DNA from: a virus
DNA: 64,000 bases
IMG/VR virus record: IMGVR_UViG_3300022555_000009
Reading direction: 5' to 3' (one strand)
The first letter of the stretch is position 1. Each line of letters begins with the position of its first letter. Positions 48,139 through 56,242 of this stretch are shown here, one piece after another. Made by a program: the position numbers and the translations under genes. The notes under the pieces are model-generated. The model had not been told where the DNA came from. It saw only the letters and a program-made list of their open reading frames with translations, and searched no databases.

Positions 48139-48145
48139 AATTAGT
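48139..48145 (-). promoter_or_regulatory. ACTAATT putative late promoter
   Basis: Lies between a terminator and the RBS of 48117. Confidence 0.65.
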
Positions 48146-48162
48146 GAAAATTTTTGAGCAAT

Positions 48163-48189
48163 AAAAAGCCTCTCCGCAGAGAGGCTTTT
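48163..48189 (-). terminator. Rho-independent terminator
   Basis: AAAAGCCTCTC/GAGAGGCTTTT inverted repeat. Confidence 0.85.
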
Positions 48190-48194
48190 ATAGT

Positions 48195-48932
48195 TTACTG
48201 CTTCTGCCTTGTGACAGTGAGAAGTGAGCTCGTCGCTGTCCCCAACGTACATTTTATATAGCCATAAGGTTTTGTTATGGAATCCTCTGTGTAAATAGAT
48301 ACGGCAGCAATCGTAGTCGATATAATCCACGAAGGTGATCCCTGCAAGTCAGCATCGGGCATAGTATAATAGACTCCGGTTACTGATCCACCAGTCGGCG
48401 TAACTGATGTTAAGAATGCACCATTTACCATTACTGCGTCATTAGTATATAGAATACTATCGAGTAAGCTTCTCGTGCCCGTGATAACTAATCGCTTAGT
48501 TGCTGGAATCGTTCCTCCTATAGCACTGATGCCTCCGCCGCTTGGGGGAGTATAATTTAGAAGGGGTCGTATACAAGAAAGTGTGATTGTCTGTGCAGCT
48601 GTATCGGAAGATAGCGTCCATGCAACTCCGTCCATAGTATTGGATACTGCAGTCAGTCCGGATTGAAAAGCCGTCACTAGGGTACCGAAGGTCATACCGC
48701 CTGCTAGAGTAACCGTGGCTGGCGTTCCTGTTCCTATAGTTAGGGTTCCGGCTCCGTTTGGTACTCCATTAACCTTGATAATATTCTGCTCTAGGTATTG
48801 TTCACCCTGTTTTATTGTATTTACAGTTAAAGTAAATTCAGCAGATGTAGCTGGAACAGGAATAATCTTAAACGTAGCAGTATTTCTATTTACTCTATAT
48901 CCTGTTGTTTGGATTCGGGCAGTAGCAACCAT
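48195..48932 (-). CDS. Thr/Gly-rich virion structural protein (decoration candidate)
   Basis: Has its own ACTAATT motif (48950-56) and terminator, and a beta-rich composition. Confidence 0.55.
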   Translation of the reverse strand: MVATARIQTTGYRVNRNTATFKIIPVPATSAEFTLTVNTIKQGEQYLEQNIIKVNGVPNGAGTLTIGTGTPATVTLAGGMTFGTLVTAFQSGLTAVSNTMDGVAWTLSSDTAAQTITLSCIRPLLNYTPPSGGGISAIGGTIPATKRLVITGTRSLLDSILYTNDAVMVNGAFLTSVTPTGGSVTGVYYTMPDADLQGSPSWIISTTIAAVSIYTEDSITKPYGYIKCTLGTATSSLLTVTRQKQ

Positions 48933-48960
48933 CTTTATAGTCCTTTATCAATTAGTAGCG

Positions 48961-49167
48961 TTATTTGTGAAGTTCTTCAGCTAAGCCAGCTTTATCTAAC
49001 TTCGAGTAGTATACACCCGGATGATCTCTCAAGTGGTCTTGGGCTATATGTTTGTATAACTCTTCTGGTGATGGAAATTCTTCGTTATCTAGGGCATATT
49101 TTGTAAACCAATCATAGGTAGGCTTGTGCTCATGCTCTACTATGATTCCTGCTTCTAACTGTGTCAT
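48961..49167 (-). CDS. DUF5661-like small protein
   Basis: QLEAGIIVEHEH...IAQDHL...YYSKL. Confidence 0.7.
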   Translation of the reverse strand: MTQLEAGIIVEHEHKPTYDWFTKYALDNEEFPSPEELYKHIAQDHLRDHPGVYYSKLDKAGLAEELHK

Positions 49168-49172
49168 ACTGC

Positions 49173-49721
49173 TTACTCCTTCGGCTTGATAAGAACATAT
49201 GCCTTGCCCAGTCCGATATCATAGGTAACTAAGGTGTATCCTAGTTTTTTCGATAAAAGCTTGGCATAACTATCATATAAAGGTTGTCTCGGAATATCTC
49301 CGGAGAACATCAATATATCGATATTTTCTTCGTGCTTTTCTAAGTAGCCTAAAAGAATGTCCTTCACGGTAGCGAAGACTTCAAATACTGTCTTCTTACT
49401 CAAGCCCGATACATTCTTATAAACAGGATCATTGTGTATGGGTTCCAAATAAGCGAATTCAAAAAGAGACATGTGGTAAGGAGGATTTAGTAAATCTAAA
49501 ATCTCCATGCTCTCCGGATCAGATCTATCCAACAAGCAGTAATTTAAAACCCCGTTCTGAGTCCTCATTGTAACTTGGGAGATATTGACTCTATAAGTAC
49601 TATTATCGGAGGTTTTAAATTTCGAAATAATTTGAGAGTCTTTTCCGTTCTCATCTCTTATTATTTTAAAAGGCGTCCAAGGTCTTACCAGGTCGCCTAG
49701 TTCTTTAATCTTCGTCTTCAT
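49173..49721 (-). CDS. Hypothetical protein, paralog of 49705-50334
   Basis: IKELGDLVRPW, FKTSD, EVFATV, RQPLYD and KAYVL are shared with its neighbour. Confidence 0.7.
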   Translation of the reverse strand: MKTKIKELGDLVRPWTPFKIIRDENGKDSQIISKFKTSDNSTYRVNISQVTMRTQNGVLNYCLLDRSDPESMEILDLLNPPYHMSLFEFAYLEPIHNDPVYKNVSGLSKKTVFEVFATVKDILLGYLEKHEENIDILMFSGDIPRQPLYDSYAKLLSKKLGYTLVTYDIGLGKAYVLIKPKE

Positions 49722-50334
49722 CGTCTTCATCGTCGTCATCCAGTAGAATACTAGGATCGAACAAAATGTAGGCTTTACTCCTGTAAGCAGTTTCGCCCGC
49801 CATTAGATAGAATCCAAGATGTTTCTCTATCATTTTAGAAAATCTATCATATAATTTTTGTCGAGAAGGTTCTTTCGCGGAAAATTCTAGAGCATCAAAC
49901 TGATCGTAATATGTTTCTAAAAAATTCAACATACATTCTTGTACGGTGGCAAATACCTCCAGGCCTACTCTGGGGCCGAGATTTAGAATATTAAATGACT
50001 CTTCCTCTTCATTTTCTTCCTCACCGGTGGTTCTCGCAAAAGTTATGATGTAACTACTTATTGGAACCTGCGATGCATCAGATTCTTCGAGATATTTATG
50101 TAAGTCCATGAGAGGTGTGACATATTGTTCACCCTCGGCGGGTTCACCATTAAATTCCTCTACAAGATCAGCAGGCCATAGCCCGTAGTACCAAAATAAT
50201 ACCTTATAAAAACCGCCGTCTGAAGTTTTAAAATAATAGTATATATTTTTGTGCTCTGAGGACTCATCTTCCTCACTAATTTCAGCTTTTCTTTTCCAAG
50301 GGCGTATCGATTCGCCGAGCTCTTTGATTCTCAT
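49705..50334 (-). CDS. Hypothetical protein with acidic tail, probable internal head protein
   Basis: MRIKELGESIRPW, FKTSD, EVFATV and FSAKEPSRQKLYD. ACTAATT (50339-45) lies 4 nt before the ATG. Confidence 0.7.
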   Translation of the reverse strand: MRIKELGESIRPWKRKAEISEEDESSEHKNIYYYFKTSDGGFYKVLFWYYGLWPADLVEEFNGEPAEGEQYVTPLMDLHKYLEESDASQVPISSYIITFARTTGEEENEEEESFNILNLGPRVGLEVFATVQECMLNFLETYYDQFDALEFSAKEPSRQKLYDRFSKMIEKHLGFYLMAGETAYRSKAYILFDPSILLDDDDEDDEDED

Positions 50335-50336
50335 TA

Positions 50337-52037
50337 TTAATTAGTCTTTGTAAAAGTATATACTATGGTCCCACAGTCCCATACTCTATCGTATCCATTG
50401 ATTTGCATATTCTCCCATTCTGTTTTTTTAAAATCGAAGTTAGGCAGTACCTTCTTTAACTTGTGTTTCTGAAAGGTTAGTCTGTGAATAAGTTCCTTGT
50501 AATCTTTCGTATAGTACATGCCAGGAGAATTCGTGTGAGAATATTCGAACCCTAAATTAAAAGTACTCTTACCATTAAAAATTCTTTTGTCAGTATACGA
50601 TAGAACTGTACTACCTAGTGGTAGCGATTTTACAACTTCGTTCCACAACTTTGATATACCGCCGACTACTACTGTGTTCAAAGAGCAAGCAAATCTAGTT
50701 AACTCATACGTATTTTTCTTAAATCTATTTTTAGACACGACTATGTGAGCCACTAAATTTCCTTCTTTGTCTTTTAGACCATACCTCATAGAACCTTGGG
50801 CGTACCCTTGAATGTGATTAACTTCAAAAAAAGATCTGCTATCAGCAGGGGACACTTGAACTATAGAGCATGATCTAGCTCCTACTTTTCTGTCACATAT
50901 TCCTAATTTATTTTTTATGATGGACTTAACTACATCAGATTTATTGATCCACTCGGAGTCCCAAAAATGTAGTAAAGTAATATTCTGAGCTTCACAAAGA
51001 CTAGTTTTATTGAAATGATATTGTGTTCCTCTCTGGCCCCTAATTTCTGAGTGCCAGTATATTTCATTCAATTCAATAGCTAAGTTCCTATCTGGTAAGT
51101 ATATATCTAATTCAAGCGGGGATATAATTCTACGGGAATTCTCTACGATTCTTTCATTAGGCAGTACTTCTTTGAGCCAAGCGACGATTTCCTTTTCTAT
51201 GATCCCTTGCGAGCCGGGGGGATAACACGTTGGACACCGGGGATACTTTCCATTAGCTAAGTAATCTTCAAAGGCAGATCCACAAGTATTACATTGAAAC
51301 TTGTAATACTTAACCTGTCCTTCCGTATCTACAGTAGAGATATATTCCTCTTGACTGAATAAAGGAGTAGCTTTTGTTATTCTTTCTGAAGACATCAGTT
51401 TACTCCAGAAATCCTGTCTCTTAGTCTTAAGAACTTTTTGCCAGATATCCGGACCATAAATGCTACATTCATTGCCATACTTTATTAGATTGGTTGCTTT
51501 AGCCTTCTCATGAGGCTTATTTCCGTGGGCACTAAAAGAAGTAATTTGAGCTTTTTGCGCGGCCTCAGACCTTACTTGATGAACTTTATCACCATACTTC
51601 TCTTCCCACTTCTTCCTAATATAATTTTTATCTTGAAAGATATTATCTACGCCAAATCTTTCCTTTGTAGTTTTCCTTATTTTAGCTTGAATCTCTGCAG
51701 ATTGGGCAGGCCTTTCTACTCCGTATCTTTCTAGGTTTGTTTTGGCTACTTTGCTTGAGGTTCCCTTAGCTTTGCAAGAGTTAGAACAGAACTCTCTATA
51801 TCCTTCTTTAAAAGATATAAACTTAACGGAGGAGCCACATATCATGCAAGTCGGCTTTGTAGTAAAATTATGGGATAATAAATATAACTTCTCGGATGTT
51901 GATCCTACTGTGGGACACTCGGTATTAACAATATCTAGCCACTCTTTTCTGTTTTTTAAAAACGTAGGAAAAGCAGGATTGAGTAGTCCGTTTGATCTGA
52001 ACATCCCTAGTTTTTTTAGTTCTTCCAGTAGCACCAT
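50337..52037 (-). CDS. Hef-like homing endonuclease
   Basis: PTCMICG..FCSNSC zinc motif, TNLERYGVE-type repeats, ELDIYLP...AIELNEIYWHS (PD-(D/E)XK-like), GARSC, NHIQG, YELTRFA and RVWDCG. Confidence 0.8.
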   Translation of the reverse strand: MVLLEELKKLGMFRSNGLLNPAFPTFLKNRKEWLDIVNTECPTVGSTSEKLYLLSHNFTTKPTCMICGSSVKFISFKEGYREFCSNSCKAKGTSSKVAKTNLERYGVERPAQSAEIQAKIRKTTKERFGVDNIFQDKNYIRKKWEEKYGDKVHQVRSEAAQKAQITSFSAHGNKPHEKAKATNLIKYGNECSIYGPDIWQKVLKTKRQDFWSKLMSSERITKATPLFSQEEYISTVDTEGQVKYYKFQCNTCGSAFEDYLANGKYPRCPTCYPPGSQGIIEKEIVAWLKEVLPNERIVENSRRIISPLELDIYLPDRNLAIELNEIYWHSEIRGQRGTQYHFNKTSLCEAQNITLLHFWDSEWINKSDVVKSIIKNKLGICDRKVGARSCSIVQVSPADSRSFFEVNHIQGYAQGSMRYGLKDKEGNLVAHIVVSKNRFKKNTYELTRFACSLNTVVVGGISKLWNEVVKSLPLGSTVLSYTDKRIFNGKSTFNLGFEYSHTNSPGMYYTKDYKELIHRLTFQKHKLKKVLPNFDFKKTEWENMQINGYDRVWDCGTIVYTFTKTN

Positions 52038-52123
52038 TTCAGCCTCTTACTATTATTTAGTATAGGTTATTCCCAGAAGTTATATTAATTTTATTAAGTG
52101 TTATAGTGTGCGAATGTTGTTAC

Positions 52124-52433
52124 GTTGTTAGCACTCTCTGTACTACCGTGTTTGAGTATACCATTCCCTTCTCTCGTATAACTTTGACTATATTATTTAT
52201 AGATAAGCCGGACTCTCTTAATTGCTTTATAATAAATAACTCCTCCTCGCTGAGCTCAGCTTTGTTAGGGGCTTTTCGCCCCTTTAGTTATATAAATAAG
52301 TTTTTACTTTGCATTTTTTTCCTACCCTCTTATGCTCTGTCCATCTGTTGCGCAACTTACCGGTGGTTTGCCCCACGTACTGATGTCCATTCTCTATATT
52401 AGTTATCACGTATACTATTCCAAATTGTTTCAT
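52124..52433 (-). pseudogene. Truncated GIY-YIG homing endonuclease remnant
   Basis: 52433-52284 encodes MKQFGIVYVITNIENGHQYVGQTTGKLRNRWTEH... then stops after 49 aa. An out-of-frame HTH-like tail (LRESGLSINNIVKVI) follows. Confidence 0.75.
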
Positions 52434-52493
52434 CGTAGCTCCCTTTGATCTTTAATTAATATCCCCCTCTCAAAAAGAATCAGAAAGCAAAAT

Positions 52494-52518
52494 AAAAGCC
52501 GCTCTTTTCAGAGCGGCT
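52494..52518 (-). terminator. Terminator of major capsid gene
   Basis: AGCCGCTCT-GAAA-AGAGCGGCT-TTT on the minus strand. Confidence 0.85.
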
Positions 52519-52545
52519 CGATTACTAATTCGTTACTATATAATG

Positions 52546-54015
52546 TTATAGTACACGGATGTTGTTGATTTGGATGATCCCGAAGTATTTTGGATTAAGG
52601 ACCTGGTAGTCACCGAAGGACGCCAAGCCTGCTTCCTTGTAGAAGTTCTTTCTCTGGAGTGAACCAGTGCTGAAGAATGGTACGAGTACTCCGAAGGCCA
52701 CGCTAACGTCTGCCTCGTTATTCTCGTTCTTCCATACGCAAAGAAGCTGATTATCCGGGATAATCTGAGAAGGAACCTTGAACACTGGAATGTTGTAGAG
52801 CTCTCCGACCTGGTATCCACCGATTCTTGGCTGTGCACCCTTGGTTGTGAAACCAGCGTTGAGTCGTAGATAGGTAACAGCAGCAGGACCACCAACGATC
52901 CTCGATACGCCGCCTCGCATAATGTCGTTAAACATTACGTCACCAACACGCTCGATAGCCTGAGAAGCAGTCTGCGCGGTATGGATATAGGAGTCCTGAG
53001 TACCGGCGCCACCTTCAGCGTCAAACTGAAGAATTGGGTAGCCGTTCGTTCGTGCAGCAGCCCAAGCAATTCTTACAGCGCGGAAGTCCAGAGCCTTCTT
53101 GATTTCCTGTCCAGCTGCGTCCATGAGAACTTCCTCAGTGGAAACACCAACAGTAGAATCAAGATACAACTCAGACATGGTCGTCCAGCTAACGCCCAAG
53201 GTCATAGGTCGAACCCTGAACTGATAATCAGTCATCACGAGGTCAACTTCACCGAGAGACGTACCAGAAGTATCCAATTCTGATGCATACCTACCGATAG
53301 CGAGTGTAATTACACCAGCATCAGATCCAGACAGCGCATACACGCCGGCACCGGAATAAGAAATAGTAATATTTAGGCCGGCGCGAATAGACCAAGTACC
53401 AGACCTGTTTTCCATAGCTACGACATCACCGTTAGCGTCATAGCAAATTGCGTATCCCTGAATATAACCGAAGCTAAATTCAGTGGAACCACCAGCGAAG
53501 GTGATCGATGTTGCTGAAACAACGACGCCGTTAGCCATTTCCTCAGGATACCTATCTTCCTTACCTTCGTAAGTAACTGCACTGTTCTGGAAAGCTCCGG
53601 GACCAGTGTAGGATCGGTTAATACCAGTGGAAACACCATACTTGTCAACGTAGATAGGCTTAATGTACTTGATAGAATCGCGAGCAGTCTCCATGGCGAA
53701 CTCAGTGAAGAGCTTGTCACGAATACTGTTAGGATAAGCAAGCCTTACAAGACGAATCATGTTTTCAGGCGTAGCAGCGAACTGTGAAGAATACGTGGTT
53801 TCAGACAGCCTGGACATGTGCCGTGCCTGATTCTCTAAGAGGATCGCGGTATTCATAGCCTTGCGATCTTCCATGGCCTTTAGGCCCTCTCCGATCTCAG
53901 GAACTCGATACCACTTCTCTAGGAGGCGGCTCGCACGAGCTTCCCGCTCGGTATAAATAGGATCGGACTCATTGAGCTTCATCCTATCTTCAGTCATTCT
54001 TGACTTAATACTCAT
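52546..54015 (-). CDS. Major capsid protein (T4 gp23-like)
   Basis: LLEKW...TAILLENQ, LVRLAYPNSI, WTTMSEL, EIKKALD and NPKYFGIIQI. Codon usage is biased. Confidence 0.92.
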   Translation of the reverse strand: MSIKSRMTEDRMKLNESDPIYTEREARASRLLEKWYRVPEIGEGLKAMEDRKAMNTAILLENQARHMSRLSETTYSSQFAATPENMIRLVRLAYPNSIRDKLFTEFAMETARDSIKYIKPIYVDKYGVSTGINRSYTGPGAFQNSAVTYEGKEDRYPEEMANGVVVSATSITFAGGSTEFSFGYIQGYAICYDANGDVVAMENRSGTWSIRAGLNITISYSGAGVYALSGSDAGVITLAIGRYASELDTSGTSLGEVDLVMTDYQFRVRPMTLGVSWTTMSELYLDSTVGVSTEEVLMDAAGQEIKKALDFRAVRIAWAAARTNGYPILQFDAEGGAGTQDSYIHTAQTASQAIERVGDVMFNDIMRGGVSRIVGGPAAVTYLRLNAGFTTKGAQPRIGGYQVGELYNIPVFKVPSQIIPDNQLLCVWKNENNEADVSVAFGVLVPFFSTGSLQRKNFYKEAGLASFGDYQVLNPKYFGIIQINNIRVL

Positions 54016-54207
54016 AAAATTAAATCTCCCTTTATATTTCTTATCGGGGAGGTTTCCGTATATTTGAAGAAACCGCGCTTACGAGGGATTGAAGATATCG
54101 AGTGTCTGTTTGTATTTATAACAGCATCTACTCTATATGAGAGTAATGGGTGAAAACAATCAATATAAGATTGTTTGATATTCAATCCTTCCCTAAAAGT
54201 AATTCTA
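54016..54207 (-). ncRNA. Candidate structured cis-regulatory leader of the capsid mRNA
   Basis: About 190 nt non-coding between ACTAATT (54213-19) and the ATG, containing six complementary stem pairs. Confidence 0.5.
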
Positions 54208-54220
54208 TTTCTAATTAGTC

Positions 54221-54574
54221 CTATAATTGATTGGCAGTGAGGTCTGGCGCAAATCCCGCTGGTCCAGGTGTGCCTGTTTCTGATTGTACTTCTGCTGCAA
54301 CAGCTCCTGATGTAGTCATACCTTGTAACAAGGCAGCCAGGGTAGACTTATATGTTTTCAGAGCCTTCTCTAAATCCATATCTATCTTAATCCAACTATT
54401 AAAAGTAGCTTGATCCTGAGACGCTAAGGAGAAGTCTTCAATGATCATCTCCAACATATCTCTTGTTAGACTTGTGCCACCGAATACAACATCAAGCCTA
54501 CAAGTTTTTAAGTTCTGAAATGCGCTAGCGGCCTGCTTAAAAGGATCGCTAGCGTTTAATTGATTAAGTGGCAT
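54221..54574 (-). CDS. Hypothetical head-module protein
   Basis: 117 aa ORF between the scaffold and capsid genes. Confidence 0.65.
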   Translation of the reverse strand: MPLNQLNASDPFKQAASAFQNLKTCRLDVVFGGTSLTRDMLEMIIEDFSLASQDQATFNSWIKIDMDLEKALKTYKSTLAALLQGMTTSGAVAAEVQSETGTPGPAGFAPDLTANQL

Positions 54575-54581
54575 TTCTTTA

Positions 54582-56207
54582 TTACTCCCAGGTTGAAGGA
54601 AGACGAGATTTCATAGGCTTATGATCACTAATGTGGCGGCCGGTTACTGATTCCATGATCTGCTTCCTACCTTCCCACACGCCGTCATTCACTGCCTTAG
54701 GAGAATCCATTTCTGCTAAGATACCAACATATAGCTTAGCTGCTTCGGATAGAGTCTTACAAGCCATAATTCGAGTTCGGAATGCTTCCATTCTCTTTCC
54801 ATGTCTTTTTACGAGATCCTTGTAGTAGGATTCTACCTTGGTGTGCTCGTTCATATTAAGCATAGAAGATGTTTTTTCAGTGAAGGATGGCTTAAATTCA
54901 GGAAGCCTCGTCGCCGCTTCCACTATGGATTCGTTTTCTATAGTGATCTGCTCGATGATCTGATCTTTCTGTTGTACTGTTTCCTCGAGTTCTGTGATAG
55001 CCTTGGAGCCTTCAACGATAACTTTCTTATACTCGTCTAGTTTCTTGTTAAGAGAAACAAATTCCTCGGACATCTTATCGGTAATAGCGGAAGTACTATC
55101 AAGTTCTTCGCGCATAGCGTCTATTTTGCTCTTCATGAGCTGTTCTCGCTGATTAATAAATCTCTTCATTCTCTCGAGCTTAACTTGAGACTCTTCAAAT
55201 TGCTCAGGAGTAGGCATACTCTCAATTTGCTTCTGCATATTGCGAATCTTAACCTGGAGTCCCTCGGCAATTTTCTTCCAGTCCTTAGACTGCTTCTCAA
55301 AAAGCTGAGTCTCGTTGACAATCTTCCTAATGCCCTCTTTGATAGCGCCTACAGAATCAACGCCAAGCTCTTCTTTGAGCTTGATCTGCTCTTCCTGGAA
55401 GGTACCAAGAAGCTTTTCAGTTACTTTGATTTCCTCTTGAACCCTAGCTTTTAGATCCGGGGTAGAATCATCCTCAAAATAATTGAGAAGTTCATGCAAA
55501 TCAGCTAAGCGATCAGCCGGCTTTGCAATAGCGGACGCTTCCTGAAGGAATCCTTCCACGTCCTTGCGGAATTTTCTTTCCTCAAGCTTCGATATTTTTC
55601 TAGTTGAAGAATTTGTAGATTCATTCATGGAAACCGTCTCCTTTGATTCTTTTCTCACGTTATTGATTGTTCCGAAAACTTTTTGACTAGGATTCAATAC
55701 AAAATCTGATATTCTTTCTATCATGTAAGAAGATGGGTCAACCGTGCGTCCATCTTCTTTCAGTTCACCAAAACCAGAGGAGGAAAAACCTATTTTGCCG
55801 CCGGCTTCCATAATTTCGCGGGCTAGCTTACCATGAGGACCAACTAATCGCAACTCTGCCATCACAGTCTGTGTCGACTCGTTGAGGTGAAGATTGTGCC
55901 ATACACCGAAAATGTTTTTTACCGAACCCTCATCCATATCACCAGGATGATCAGCAAGGCCAACAGAGCCTTCCCAGATATGTTTTTGATTCTTAATAAC
56001 ATTTTCCCATAAAGCTTTTCCGTATAATCTACCATTCTCATTTATAAAATCGTATCGAGAAACTTCTACATCCGCAACACCTACGCATTCGTACTTCTTA
56101 CCGTCAACTTGTTCATATATCTTGGTAGCAGATTCTTCCATAGAATCGCTGCTGTGAAGATGAATGTTTTGGGGCGATACAGTATAATTCTCTTGAAGCC
56201 TAATCAT
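54582..56207 (-). CDS. Prohead protease fused to coiled-coil scaffold (gp21+gp22-like)
   Basis: NENGRLY, GLADHP, IGFSSSGFG and DFVLNPS, followed by a long coiled coil. ACTAATT lies at 56227-33. Confidence 0.88.
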   Translation of the reverse strand: MIRLQENYTVSPQNIHLHSSDSMEESATKIYEQVDGKKYECVGVADVEVSRYDFINENGRLYGKALWENVIKNQKHIWEGSVGLADHPGDMDEGSVKNIFGVWHNLHLNESTQTVMAELRLVGPHGKLAREIMEAGGKIGFSSSGFGELKEDGRTVDPSSYMIERISDFVLNPSQKVFGTINNVRKESKETVSMNESTNSSTRKISKLEERKFRKDVEGFLQEASAIAKPADRLADLHELLNYFEDDSTPDLKARVQEEIKVTEKLLGTFQEEQIKLKEELGVDSVGAIKEGIRKIVNETQLFEKQSKDWKKIAEGLQVKIRNMQKQIESMPTPEQFEESQVKLERMKRFINQREQLMKSKIDAMREELDSTSAITDKMSEEFVSLNKKLDEYKKVIVEGSKAITELEETVQQKDQIIEQITIENESIVEAATRLPEFKPSFTEKTSSMLNMNEHTKVESYYKDLVKRHGKRMEAFRTRIMACKTLSEAAKLYVGILAEMDSPKAVNDGVWEGRKQIMESVTGRHISDHKPMKSRLPSTWE

Positions 56208-56242
56208 TCCATTATCCTCTTACTTTAATTAGTAATATCATT

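Noticed and set aside
48118-48330. N-terminal extension of the chaperone ORF given in the ORF track
   Set aside because: It spans the upstream gene end, a terminator and a promoter motif, so the start is better placed at 48117. Similar trimming was applied to 12172, 12208, 14349, 21249, 21791 and 36458.
52106-52402. Plus-strand 98-aa ORF
   Set aside because: It is antisense to the GIY-YIG remnant, has no RBS and has an implausible composition.
52524-52530. ACTAATT on the plus strand just after the capsid gene
   Set aside because: It points antisense into the capsid gene with no supported downstream gene. It could be chance or antisense transcription, and cannot be supported here.
54086-54188. 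tRNA or tmRNA in the capsid leader cloverleaf
   Set aside because: It lacks the GTTC T-loop, D-loop GG and CCA end. It is kept only as a candidate leader structure.
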